DNA of 64,000 nt, taken from positions 5,270,001-5,334,000 of the forward strand of contig OX597826.1 of the NCBI GenBank assembly GCA_951406725.2, written 5' to 3'. Shown here in pieces: positions 24,773 to 38,311 of this stretch. The translations under genes and the position numbers were made by a program. Origin of the DNA: Octopus vulgaris. Its lineage: Eukaryota. The notes beneath the pieces are model-generated. The model did not search any database and was not told where the DNA came from. It saw only the letters and a list, made by a program, of their open reading frames with translations. Position 1 is the stretch's first letter; every line of letters begins with the position of its first letter.

Positions 24773-25024
24773 GAGACCCCGTTCGGTCATGACAGACCAT
24801 GGGTTGCATCTAGAAAGTTACCCTCCCAGGCTCAAGTCCGGATAGTCGCCCATGCATACCGGCCTTCCTTCTCCCCTCTCTCATTTATACAGTTGAGTGA
24901 ACAGTAGCAACGTGAAATAAAGTGTCTTGCTCAAGATTACTACACGCAGCCCCGTCCTGAATTCGTACTCACAACCTCACGATCGTAAGCTCGACGCTCT
25001 AACCACTTAGCTATGCGTCTTCAC
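24773..25024 (-). mobile_element. SINE family C, internally deleted
   Basis: Matches both ends of 13538-13873. Confidence 0.8.
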
Positions 25025-26174
25025 TGGCAATCGACTATAGTTCATAAAATCCTTGTTTTCATAATCTTTCGTGCGCATTTGCAATTCCGTTATGATACTC
25101 CATTGGAGTTTTCATTTATCTTCTCTTAACAACAGACCGAAATTCAGCTGCTAGTTCTTCATGAAGGATTGTTTTTGCAGTCATGATCTAATTAAAACAG
25201 TGCGACTGACAGCCTTGGTTCCAGATTATGTATAGGAATGTCCAATAATTTCTAGACTCTATATAAGGAGAACGCGCTGTTGTATACAGTTTTATCTTTC
25301 TCTGTTATACAAGTCATTTGACTCCAGGTATTATGAATAAATATTGTTAAGTTTCGCTTTTTGCATTCTTACGATTAACACCAGTGCGATGTGACCGCCC
25401 TTTTGTAAGTTATCCAGACAGGAAGTAATTGTGCTGGTGGATTTTAATACCTACTTCTAATTTAGAGAATTTTGAGCACTTTTGGTTTTCTTTTTAGCTG
25501 AAATTGAACATAAATTGAAACCTTTATCACTTTTCCACATTAATATTGTTAACAATATTATTAGCTAACACTGGTACCCATATATCTATACTCACGTAAA
25601 CAAACACTCACATATACATAAAACGAACAAACGCAAAACATGCAACGACAGAAATGTATAAAGCGGACACAGACACATAAATGCGAACACACCAGTTTAG
25701 AAATTCTTGGATAAAGGTTACGGAGAGACGGAAACTTTGACGCACTTGAAATTATATTCTAATAGAAAATCTATTATTAGACACAAAATTAAGAAATTGA
25801 CGTTCGTTTTCTTCAGTATCATCCATTTGAATCTATGCATATAGACTTATTTCAATTACGAAAGAAAGACGATTACTACAGAGTAATTTACCATCACGTG
25901 ATTTCTGAGTAGTTTTATTTCTAAATTATATGATAGACTATACTAAAGATTGTAAAATTTCACATTCTTTACTGCATAATAGGTGAAAGATAAGTCAGAA
26001 GCAGATATACTTGAAAATACAACAAATTTCATAACATTTCCGACAGTCGAAAATTGAATGGATTTGCGTGTATCTGCAGAAAATCTCGAAAGAAAGATAA
26101 AATAGTTTGATTCCACTGTGACAATGGAATCAAGTATTGAATTGGCTAAATGTAAATACATTTATGCTCTCTCA

Positions 26175-26205
<31 letters not shown>

Positions 26206-26936
26206 CACAGACAGTTCCTCCTCCTTTTACCAGTTAAAACACTTGACGAACTGTGGCACAATAAATATAAGACTGACAGGTTCTGACCTTAGTAGGTTAA
26301 GAAATCAACAGTGGTCTTCGGATATAAGTGAAGGATCTAAACATAAGTAACTAAAGGCAACAATTCATTTTCTCTGATCTTCTTACAGTGTTTTGACATT
26401 CCACCAGCTGCAGTTTGTTTTAACATTGATTTTCTTTTATAGTAGAAGCAGGTCAAATATTATAGGACTACAATCGAATAAAGTGACTGGCTCTATATTA
26501 CAGGTAGTTATTTTTACCGAACTCTGTAGGATAGAACACATGCTCATTCGTAGCATTTATAAAAGAACGCAGAAAAATAGTAAAGTCGCGATACTGTTCA
26601 TTCGTTTCTGCCAATGCTTCTGTTTTCATCATGAACAAAAAGTAGTATTAATTATAAATTTGTCATGATAAATGCGCGCTCAAAGACAAGCGGGAAGAAG
26701 TGACTATGATTAAATATTCACATATAAATTAGTGTTATCGTGAAATTATAGGCTCGGTTGTAAAGGGCCTTGCTTCTTGCAAAATGTCCCTCAAAAATTT
26801 CAGTTAAAATAACATTGATGTCGAATCTAGATTTTGTGTCAGGTACTTATGTTAATTTTATAAAATATATTCTTCGCTGAAATATGAATCGAATCTCTGC
26901 TACAAATCACTATTTAAATACGTTTTGAAATAGTAC

Positions 26937-27367
26937 GGCGGCGAGCGAGCTGGCAGAGTCGTTAGCACGCCGGACGAAATGCTTAGCGGTATTTCGTCTG
27001 CCGTTACGTTCTGAATTCAAGTTCCGTCGAGGTCGACTTTGCTTTTTCATCCTTCAGGGTCGATAAATTAAGTACCAGTTACGCACTGGGGTCGATATAA
27101 TCGACTTAATCCGTTTGTCTGTCCTTGTTTGTTCTCTGTGTTTAGCCCCTTGTGGGTAGTAAAGAAATAGAAATTAGTATATCGTCTGTCTTTAAATTCT
27201 GAGTTCAAATTCCGCCGAGATCGACTTTGCCTTTCATTCTTTCGGGCTTGATAAATTAAGTAACAGTTACTCACTACGCACTGGGGTCGATGTAATCGAC
27301 TTAATCCCTTTGTCTGTCCTTGTTTGTGTCCTCTATGTTTAGCCCCTTGTGGGCAATAAAGAAATAG
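26937..27367 (+). mobile_element. Dimer of SINE family A with Tx1-like tails
   Basis: Two units joined at ~27170-27178; gttttgaaatag repeated on both flanks (probable TSD). Confidence 0.88.
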
Positions 27368-28684
27368 AAATGTTTTGAAATAGCTGAGTATTTGGGCATT
27401 GTATAATCTTATCCTCAATAATTGCTAGATTTACTTGTGTCTTGAATACTTTCATCTAAGTATAAGTCAAATACAAATTCTGTTTAATTAAAAACATTCT
27501 ACTGCGTAATTTCTGCTTTTTCTTTTGACAATAAAAAATATTCGCTTAGCGATTCCAATTAAATAGAGATCTCTGTAATTTTGCAAAAAGAGAGTTAGCT
27601 TTCGAGAAGAAAACTTCTACCATAATTTTAAAACAAATTGTTGATGTTGACAGTAAATATATATGTGTAACAAAATATCCTGTATTTGTAATAAATTTGA
27701 ATTCTGTGTTAAAAAAAAAAATATTTGTATTTTTTGTTTACGTGTGTAAATGATAATTATTGTTTCCAGTAGCCGTTCTTATGTGAAATTTCTGCCTGTT
27801 TCGTACGTTTCGAATATTTATTTATCTACTTCGTATACTTTTTCGATCTGTAATTTGATAATACATCTTAATTAAACCTGAAACTCGAGACAGCAGGCAT
27901 TTATTTCTATTTCTTGTTTTTTGTTATCTATTTATACCAATTCACCACCGACGTATGGCATGAGCCATAAAAAGGTCAATCTGATAACAGGACAAATGTC
28001 GACACCTGGTCATTGATTGGCTGAAAAGGAAAACAAAAAAAAATAATAAGATGAAGTATATATCAAAATCTGTTTTTTTTCTCATCCAAGCCAGTGAAAA
28101 AAAATTACTACAACAATAAACGATACAAGCAGAAGTGGAATAAGAACAATAACAACATTTAAAATAACATCAATACAAACAATATTAACAAAAGATGAAC
28201 AGCAACAAAAAAAAAATAATTGATTTCTTAATTTTAGCACATGACCATATTTAGCTGATCGGTGTCGTCGATATATTTGACCTCAGTGTTTGGCTGGTAT
28301 TTAAGTTAACCTAAAATAGATGAAAAGCGAAGTCGACCACTACAGTATTCCAAATTACAATATTACTAAATCCCGTAACACTTTTTGTTATGTATATATT
28401 TCTAATTTGCAATCAATTTTTCAATCTAAAAGAATTAATTTAAAAAGAAAATATATATATAAACAACCATGACACCACGATGTAGAGATTATGAAGATAA
28501 TTATAATGCCGATGATGATTATGATGATGATGTATAAAAATAACCACAGTGATCGTGATGATGGTGGGGGTCAAATGCTGTTTACCCACTTCAAGTACGA
28601 GCAGGGAAACTATGGTAAAAGCCCTTCCTACAGCAACCTGTCCGTCTTTCGAATATCATGCCGGGAAATTTTATATAATGTATT

Positions 28685-28860
28685 CAGGCGGCAAGCTAGT
28701 AGAATCGTATGCACGCCGGGAAAATGCTTAGTGGCATTTCGTCCATCCTTACGTTCCGAGTTCGAATTCCGCCAAGGCGGATTTTGCATTGGGGTCGATG
28801 AAATCGATGCTAGCCAACCCCCAAATTGCTGATCTTGTGCCAAAATCTGAAACCAATATT
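28685..28860 (+). mobile_element. SINE family A, older tail, degenerate
   Basis: Head, B box and ttgtgccaaaatctgaaacc tail. Confidence 0.75.
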
Positions 28861-29120
28861 ACATAATAGCTTCTCTTAATCTAAAATAGTATGATGAGAT
28901 TTAAGACAAATTCGGTTGCTATTTCTGGAAGGTCACAGGAACATATAGGCGCTCACTGATGACAGGATGTGTATAAAGCATAATTTACATTATGCCGATA
29001 CTGATGAGGATGACGATGGCAATGATATTGATGTTGATTGTGATAAACATGATGGGGCTAACTATGTACCCCTAAAACAAATATGTGTAAGGCACATGGA
29101 CAGATGAAAAATAAAACAAA

Positions 29121-29191
<71 letters not shown>

Positions 29192-29207
29192 CGTATATAT
29201 ATATATG

Positions 29208-29258
<51 letters not shown>

Positions 29259-29267
29259 ATACATACA

Positions 29268-29301
<34 letters not shown>

Positions 29302-29647
29302 TGTATGTATGTACATACAAACACAAAATAGATTGACATTCCGAAAGGTCACAATTATTTACCAGAAAGTCTTGTTGGCTCGATGACATGGCGTACTTAC
29401 AATGTTGCCATTGAAGCTTTAATGACCGTCTTAATATGTGACACTTTGAAACGTAAAGTTCAGCATCTGCTTTTTGAAGGGTGGTTTATACTGTCAGTTG
29501 GTATAGAGTTACTTAATCAGCTCATTCGCGGCTGTTCTGTTTCTATTTCTCTCACTTTCCCTAAATAAAAGTAATTACGGCTCTTGTATTATTATTGTTA
29601 TTTGTTGTTTTTTTTTCTTTTTTCTTTTTGTTTTCAATTTTCAACAG

Positions 29648-29809
29648 AGATCCGTACCATGAACCACAAGCTCACTCCCGAGGATCAAAAGGCCGCGACC
29701 CGTTTACCAACTTCTCTTAAATACACAACAGTTCAATCGTGGTGTTTAATATCCTGCGGGAAGACAAATAAGAACATACAAACTTCAAACCTACTTTTGC
29801 TTGAAACAG
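29648..29809 (+). other. Candidate host exon, possibly with start codon at 29659
   Basis: Long polypyrimidine tract plus caacAG acceptor, CAG|GTTAAC donor, accATG context, one open frame MNHKLTPEDQKAATRLPT...; no recognisable homology. Confidence 0.35.
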
Positions 29810-30415
29810 GTTAACTTGTGTTTAGTGAAAAGATATTAATGTTAAGGCCTTTAACATGTAAATCTCAAAGTATTTGTTCACATTTTTACATTTGCATTTT
29901 AGAAGAACTGTTGCTACTTTTTCCGTTTATTTTGTGTATTTGTTTTATCATAGTATTCCTGATTTGTTTCTTCTGTTAATGCCTAAAGTCGACGCCAGTT
30001 GTTATTTTCTATGTTTCTTTTTTCGTAGTCATATGCCATATACTTAACTAGATTGCCCAGCTTACTATTGAACTTCTGTTCACCTTATTTGCTATTTCAT
30101 TACATTTACATTCTTAACGCCCTTAGCAACATACGAACGTAGACGTTTTCATATTTTTCGTTGCTAATATTATTAGTATTCATTCTTACGTAGGATGTTA
30201 TTAAGAAATTCTGATTTGGTGGAAAGTTAAATTTGCTAAAACGCCAGAAAAAAAAAAAGAAACATATCAGGCAATGTACTCCAAGGTTATGAATAGACGA
30301 ACGTATCGACTTTTCTGTGTATACACGTAGGGATATATTTTCTTACATATTTTCCTAAGATTTTTCACGTAACAACTTTAGTTGTAAATCTGGTGGCTTC
30401 ATGTAACTAACATAA

Positions 30416-30809
30416 TCTTTATATATAAAAGTAAGGTTGTGTGTCTGTCTCCTACGATTTAGATTCCTAACTACTCCCACATATTGCGGTGCAGTTTAAC
30501 CAAAACCGGGTATCTTATAGTCGTGATTCATATCGAGCCCTTCTGGGTATTAGCGCGCGTCTACGATGAGTCTACGATTTAAAAAAAAAATTACCATCAT
30601 TTTTTCCATTTTAATGCATTTTTCGCTATTATATAAGGGAAGTAACTCTCTAAAAATGTCTACGATGTGTCAACGATTTAAAAAAAAATTACCATAATTT
30701 TTTTTCCATTTTTAATGCATTTTTTGCTATATTTTGGCTATAACTCTCTAAAAATGCTTATATAGTTATTTCCCTTACCAACCCGAGCAACGCCGGGCGA
30801 TACTGCTAG
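30416..30809 (+). mobile_element. Non-autonomous Helitron, H1-related with a different 5' part
   Basis: A|TC start; cccgagcaacgccggg hairpin and CTAG|T end matching H1; internal ~100-bp tandem duplication. Confidence 0.88.
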
Positions 30810-31054
30810 TTTATTATATACCAACTTTTCCGTGTCATGAATAAGAAATGGAGTAAGAGTATTACCATTTTTGATAATCGTGTACAACTGTGGAAGCTTT
30901 TGTCGGGATGATTAGAAATAAAGTGGAATTGTAGCAAATCTCGTGTGGACACCGACGCTGCGATTGCTTTCTCTGCAAACTCGTCTCACCATCTTTGTTG
31001 TCGTTTGTTACCATCATGTCCCACAAATACGTCGACAGCATATAGACTCCTTCA

Positions 31055-31067
31055 ACTACTACTACTG

Positions 31068-31129
<62 letters not shown>

Positions 31130-31595
31130 GCTGCTGCTACTACTACCACTACTACTACTACTATTGCTGCTACAGCTACTACTACTACTACTACTAGTAT
31201 TACTATTATTACTACTACTACTACTACTACTACTTCTGCTGCTTCTACTACTACTACTACTACTACTACTATTTCTTCTTCTTCTTCAACTACTACTACA
31301 ACTATTACAACAACTACTACTACTACTACTACTACTTATTCTACTACTATTACTACTGCTACTACTACTACTACTACTACTACTAACTCTACTACTACTG
31401 CGACAATACTTCCTCTCTTCCTCCCCTACTACTACTACTGCTACTACAACTACTACTAATTCTACTCCTCCTCCTACTACTACTACCACTACTACTACTA
31501 CTACCACCACCCGGTAACACTACAACAATATTTACTACTATTGCGATAACACCTCCTCCTCCTCTCCCTTCCCCTCTTCCTACTACTACTACTAA
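31055..31595. repeat. (CTA)n/(CTG)n/(CTT)n compound trinucleotide repeat
   Basis: Read directly; source of the poly-L, poly-Y and poly-T ORFs. Confidence 0.95.
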
Positions 31596-32359
31596 GTAGG
31601 GGCTTATACCAGGTTCCTTAACTTATAAACAATCGAGTGTGAGGCACTCCTCCCCCAATGGCACGTCAATCCATTCCAGGATTGTTGTCGCGTATTTCGT
31701 GCTGCGAGAAGAGGGAACAGCCTGAAAAGAAATGTTTTAACCCAGAAAACAGCACGCCACCCGGTCTCAGGATCGAAACTATGACCTTACAATCCACGAG
31801 AAAGCGCATAATTGGTTACACCACGAAATATGTACGGGAGTCTATTAACACCTATAATATTCGTTTCATCCGCATCACTATCGTCGTCATCATCATCATC
31901 ATCACCATTATTATTATTGTTATTATTATATGTTTGACATTTTTCAGGTAGGTGTTTAGGCCAAGTGTGGCAATCTTCTGGTTCAGAGTGGTTCTCCATG
32001 ATCTCATACTTACAGACAAAGAAATTTCGCAGAGTAGGTTCTATTTTATACATTTCCAGACATTTCGTAATCCAGCTATGTGGTAGACTATCAAAAGCGT
32101 TTTTTTCTTATCCAAATTGAAGAAGTGAAACTGGTGAAAAAAGCGAGTGTGTAACTCTCGATACCAATAAATTGTTATTGTACCTTATTGTACACTGGCC
32201 ACTTTTCGCTCCCTCAATCGTCCACATACTGCTTGAAGCTTACTAACGTCCAACTCTCGAATCTCCAGACGTATACATATATTTGTATGTATGGAAAAAG
32301 ATGGCTAGATTGATTGAGAGCTAGATCGATAGATATGATATATACATGTGTGTGTATAT

Positions 32360-32394
<35 letters not shown>

Positions 32395-32753
32395 TATACT
32401 TATATTAGTATGTAAAGTTGGCTATACATAAATACAAAGGGGAACTTGCCAGCTAGTAGCAGCCATTTGTTTCTTATTCAATGCCCCACGTTTCAGAACG
32501 TTGCATTTTTGTGATGGTGTATCACATCCACCCATTCCAATTAAATAATTGCCAGTAACATAATATATTTAACATGGGCATTTTTTTCATTACCATAAAA
32601 ATAACTTTCTGAATCAGTTATTAGAGAATAAAAAAAATAGACATTAATAAGAATACAGGAAACATAGTCCGAGCTAGACATGTTCACGACTGTCATGTAT
32701 TATTGCATCATATATATGTGCCGTAGACAAAGATATAAAAGAAATTGTTGTTG

Positions 32754-32817
<64 letters not shown>

Positions 32818-33008
32818 TAAGGCGGCGTGATTGCAGAATTGTGATCTCGCCGGGCGAGATGCTTAGCGGCTTTTCGTCCGTCCTAGGTCGACTTTACCTT
32901 TTCATTTTCTCGGGGTCGATAAATTAAGTACCAGTTGCGTACTGGTGTCGATCACATCCACTAAACCTCTCACCCAAAATTTCGGCCCTTGTGCCTAGTT
33001 TAGAAAAG

Positions 33009-33010
<2 letters not shown>
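32818..33010 (+). mobile_element. SINE family A, older tail, embedded in (TTA)n
   Basis: Head, core and cccaaaatttcggcccttgtgcctag tail; (TTA)n on both sides. Confidence 0.8.
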
Positions 33011-33539
<529 letters not shown>

Positions 33540-33747
33540 TATAGTTTTATTTTTATAGCGTGCTTTCACTTCACTACCGAGCGCAGCTCTGTGTGCCTTG
33601 GGTATGTGCTGTGATTTGTTGTGATGCTCTGATGGTTATTTTACGGAAAGTGTTCTGCGTAGGATGTGTGCAGTGCCTAGTAGTGCAATCTTCTGTATGT
33701 TATAAGTGTTTGTAAGTCCTGGTGTTTTTGTTATGTATTTGTCTGAA

Positions 33748-33752
<5 letters not shown>
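33540..33752 (-). mobile_element. R4/Dong-clade LINE 3' end inserted in (TAA)n
   Basis: Minus frame KYSDKYITKTPGLTNTYNIQKIALLGTAHILRRTLSVK*, short 3' UTR, (TAA)n on both sides. Confidence 0.85.
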
Positions 33753-33835
<83 letters not shown>

Positions 33836-33837
<2 letters not shown>

Positions 33838-34180
33838 GCACATGTTTATACCATTTGTCAGTTTTTATGTTGTAGTGTTGGCATATTGTCCAGTAGATAT
33901 AACTACTCACTCGGTCGTGCCTGCGTATATATTCAGATTTGACAAGGACCGGACAGCCAGAGATGATGTGGTCAACTGTCTCATTCCACTCGTTGCACAT
34001 TCTGCACTTGCTGTTTGGGTCTATTTTCATTATTTTACTTCTATAGTCGTTCGTAGTCAGGTATTGGTCTTTGGCCACGAGAGAATCAGTCCCTCCGTTT
34101 CAACTCTTAGTCTAGAGCTGTTGATCCATTGTTGGCTTTCACTTACGATTAGTTCTTCCCTGTCAGGCCTTGCAAGGTAT
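33836..34180 (-). mobile_element. R4/Dong-clade LINE fragment (CCHC finger, RHD motif)
   Basis: DQYLTT..KCRMCNEWNETVDHIISGCPVL..EYIRRHDRV..YIYW. Confidence 0.88.
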
Positions 34181-34400
34181 TAGCAATCGACTGATTTTCT
34201 CACCGTTTCTTCTTTAAATATGTTTTGTAATTCTGTTTTCATGTTACTTTTTTGCCTCTGCCAATTTCTGCTATGCAGTCATCTGAGATCATAGTATCCG
34301 TATATTATGTTTCTATTTCGAATTTTGTCGCCTCCTCATGAAGAGAGAAATGCGTTGTCTTTTTCTTGCGTTGCTTTATTACATGTAGTAATCTTATTGA

Positions 34401-34461
<61 letters not shown>

Positions 34462-34600
34462 AATAATAATAATAATATTATTATTACTTTACTATTATTT
34501 TGCAAAAAAAAGAGACGGTAGTATCGAGAGCATTTATATATATATATATATATATTGATACACCTATATTTATATGTATCTATAAATAAACAAATAAGTG

Positions 34601-34647
<47 letters not shown>

Positions 34648-34878
34648 CATAGAACACTGAATGTTCTTTGAACACTTAGGAGAAGAGAAAGGCTTCCAAA
34701 CAGATGATTGTTTAGTCGTGTGAATATTTTAGACTAAACTACAATTCCACTCAGACATTTATATTGACCCATCCTGAAGTGAGTGACGCTATTTGTAAGT
34801 AATGATTCAAAAATAATTGTGGAGAAACTGAGAGCAAGCGATGAGGGGTGAGAAACAAATAGAAAGCAACTTAATGAG

Positions 34879-34919
<41 letters not shown>

Positions 34920-35569
34920 CGGAGTAAGAAAGGGAGGAAATATAAGATATTTTAAAGACTTACTAGATATTTATACTCGAGTGAGTTGATCAGTCGATAG
35001 TGCATTTCAAGTATGAATCAGATGTCTGAAATCTTTGACCTCCTCAAAACAAAATCCCAATAAAATGTCTCAAATTTTTGCAATCGTTGAAAATATTGAT
35101 AAAAACAAAATTGACACACATTATTTAGTTATTGGTTGAGACCATCTGCATCGAAGAGTGCTTAATCTGTTGACATATTCCTATAAAACTCCCACCCGAA
35201 AAAAAGTGTTTCATGATGATTTTCAATTCCGCGAATTCAATATTTCCACTGTTTAATTTTTACATAATTTCATTTCTTCTAAGTTTCAAATCAGCAAATT
35301 TCAAAGAAAACAATCACAACAAAAATATTCCATTGACAATTTGAGTAAATATATATATATATATTAAATATATAAACGATATATTCGATAAAAAAGAATC
35401 GAGTTATGATTCGACAAAAACGACACACTTAAACGGATATATTGATACAGTTTTATTTCCAAGAGTATGAGCAAAATATATGAAAAAGCTCCAATAGGGA
35501 ATTGAAATTATATTACGATGTTGACTATTAGATTCACACATAATTCATTGAGAAATAAATAATAAATAG

Positions 35570-36172
35570 AAATATTGTTTTCTCCTTTAGGCACAAGGCC
35601 GAAATATTTAGAGTGGGGTGCAGTCGATTAGATCGACACCAGTACGCAAGTGTTACTTAATTTATCGACCCCGAAAGGATGAAACTAAAGTCGACCTCGG
35701 CGGAACTTAAACATTAAAGACAAAAAAAAACTGTAAGCATTTTGGCCTGCGTCTAACGTTTCTTATTTCATTATTGCCCACAAGGGGCTAAACATGGATG
35801 GGACACGCAAGGACAGACAAACGGATTAAGTCGATGACATCGACACCAGTGTGAAACAGGTACTTAATTTATCGACCCCGGGAGGATGAAAGGCAAAGTC
35901 GACCTCGGCGGTATTTGAACTCAGAACGTAAAGACAGACGAAATACCTATTTCTTTACTACCCACAAGGGGCTAAACACAAAGAGGACAAACAAAGACAG
36001 ACAAACGGATTAAGTCGATTATATCGACCCCAGTGCGTATCTCCTACTTATTAATCGGCCGCGAAAGGATGAAAGGCACCTCGTCGTAAGTTGAACTCAG
36101 AACGTAACGGCAGACGAAATACCGCTAAGCATTTCGCCCGCCGTGCTCAAGTTTCTGCTTGATCACCGCTTT
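35570..36172 (-). mobile_element. Nested array of three SINE family A units
   Basis: Junctions 35945|35946 (aaatagg|tatttcg) and 35761|35762 (aaataag|aaacgttag); last unit has the older tail. Confidence 0.9.
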
Positions 36173-36459
36173 GCAAATAACAAATATTAAGTTAACTTAA
36201 ACGTTGTAGTTCGAGCTTCAACATGCTTCTGAAGTAGTGAAGAAAGATAAGCACATAATAGGCTTTGTAGACAGTCTTTGAGTGCTTTTTTGAAGTACGG
36301 ATTTGCATAAGGTGACTCAAACACATCCACAACTCGGGTGCAGTAAAAAAAAAACCCGATACCTAGTGACATTTTTGAAAGGTATTAATTCGTATTAGTT
36401 AATCCAGCGCATCTATTTTCTGAGTGAGAACTCTTCTGAGAATGATTTAGAATGTTATA

Positions 36460-36900
36460 CGAATTCATTTGTGGCTATTTGTATTAGTTTTCCTTGTTTC
36501 TGAAGTTGGTATTTCTGTAGTCATATGGTGGTTATTGTGTAATAGTTTTCTAGCTAATACAAATCTATATTTAAGAGATGGGGAATTATGTACATTATTT
36601 ACATTTGTCGGATATCCGTCAAACGTAAATAATGTAAATAATGTTTTCTAGCTGTATAAGGCATCTACCACATTCGATACGTTATATATATATATATATA
36701 TAACATTTGGTTGTCAGATTTTGGGTGGTGCATCCTAAATCCTGTCATTATTTTTCTTGTTTTCCTGTCTATTTTGATTAGTTTATTTAGAGTCCAGTTA
36801 AGAATATTATAACTAGTGTTGATACCTATTATTTTGTTTTTTGCATTGAGCTCTGTATTCAGTATTAGTCTACGTAAAGTCACGCTGTATTCTTCAAGAA
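36460..36900 (-). mobile_element. R4/Dong-clade LINE fragment (RT thumb region)
   Basis: RLILNTELNAKNKIIGINT..NWTLNKLIKIDRKTRKIMTGFRMHHPKSD..GRCLIQLEN; interrupted at 36556-36642. Confidence 0.85.
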
Positions 36901-37453
36901 AGAGAAAGACATTAATTCCTTGGGATACTATGTTGGAAACACGAGTATGACACATAAGGCTGACACGTACTTGAATAATCGGCAATCAACGGTGGAGGCG
37001 GAGTACGGCTAAAACGCAAACATATATTATATTAATTAAATAAGAATTTAGCATATTTTCATAATGTGCCATCATTAACATAAATTATAATCACAAATGT
37101 TTACGTTAGTCTGAGGAAATTAACAAACAACGATGGGGTCCGTCTTCTGAAGTTCAATGTGTACATCAGGTTATTTTTTTTTTACATTTGTTTTGCTTTC
37201 CTGCTTGTAGATATGTCACTTCGAATAACTGCTTAACACTTTTAAGAAATGCATAAATGCAATGTATATAAATCCGGCCCTATTAAATTAACTACAGATA
37301 ATTTGGATGTTGACACACAGGCAAACAATAAAATCAATGTACTGTGACAAAATACTAACACACACATATACAAAGAAACGCAATCGTGCACACACACAAA
37401 CAAGGATTACATTTATATGCATGTGTATATACATATATATATTTATATATACA

Positions 37454-37502
<49 letters not shown>

Positions 37503-37616
37503 CTTTATATAATTAGGGTTCAGCAAAAAAATTTCCTTTCCCACACACCGAACTTTTAGGAATACCAGCCAAATAATTTAGCTATTTTCTCTACTATAAG
37601 AAGAGTCTCCCAGACA

Positions 37617-37674
<58 letters not shown>

Positions 37675-37764
37675 TAAGAGTTTAAAATAAAGTTCTTACT
37701 TTTCCTTACTCTATCTTATCTTATCTAAGTGAATTTCCCGCATGCTGCTTTCCTAACATTTGTA

Positions 37765-37896
37765 TACTCTGAAGAAGCATTGAGGCTCAAACATTATCCA
37801 ATCTCTGTACAATGATTGTGCATCCCTGTATATCCCTGACTTGATGAGGATACCTTGGAAGATACAGAAGCCCCATGGTAGAAACGGCCGTAAGTG
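37765..37896 (+). ncRNA. Type I hammerhead-ribozyme-like motif with long stem II
   Basis: UACU-CUGAAGA (37769-37775)...GAAAC-GGCC-GUA-AGUG (37881-37896); stem I UACU/AGUG; palindromic ACGGCCGU. Confidence 0.55.
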
Positions 37897-38181
37897 ATTT
37901 CTAACTGTACACTGCTCTATTATTATTCATTCATCTCTATATATCTGTTTACGTTTTTATTGGCTGATTTCATATTCGTTTACCTGTACCACTTAAACAC
38001 ATGTATGTTATCATTTCATAAATAGATATAATGAAATATTTACTAGCTGGTGTTTGCCGTTTTTATATCCTCTCCATCTTCTTACTTGCCTTATATATAC
38101 ACACACATATATATACATACAAATATATATACTCATATATATGCATATATATACATTTCATAAATGTATATATATATATAA

Positions 38182-38220
<39 letters not shown>

Positions 38221-38274
38221 AAATGTATATATATATATATAAACATATATATATATATACACATATACATATGT

Positions 38275-38311
<37 letters not shown>

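Noticed and set aside
31930-32060. 88-aa minus-strand ORF as a host exon
   Set aside because: An alternate frame gives QKIATLG next to (TAA)n, suggesting a decayed R4/Dong 3' end.
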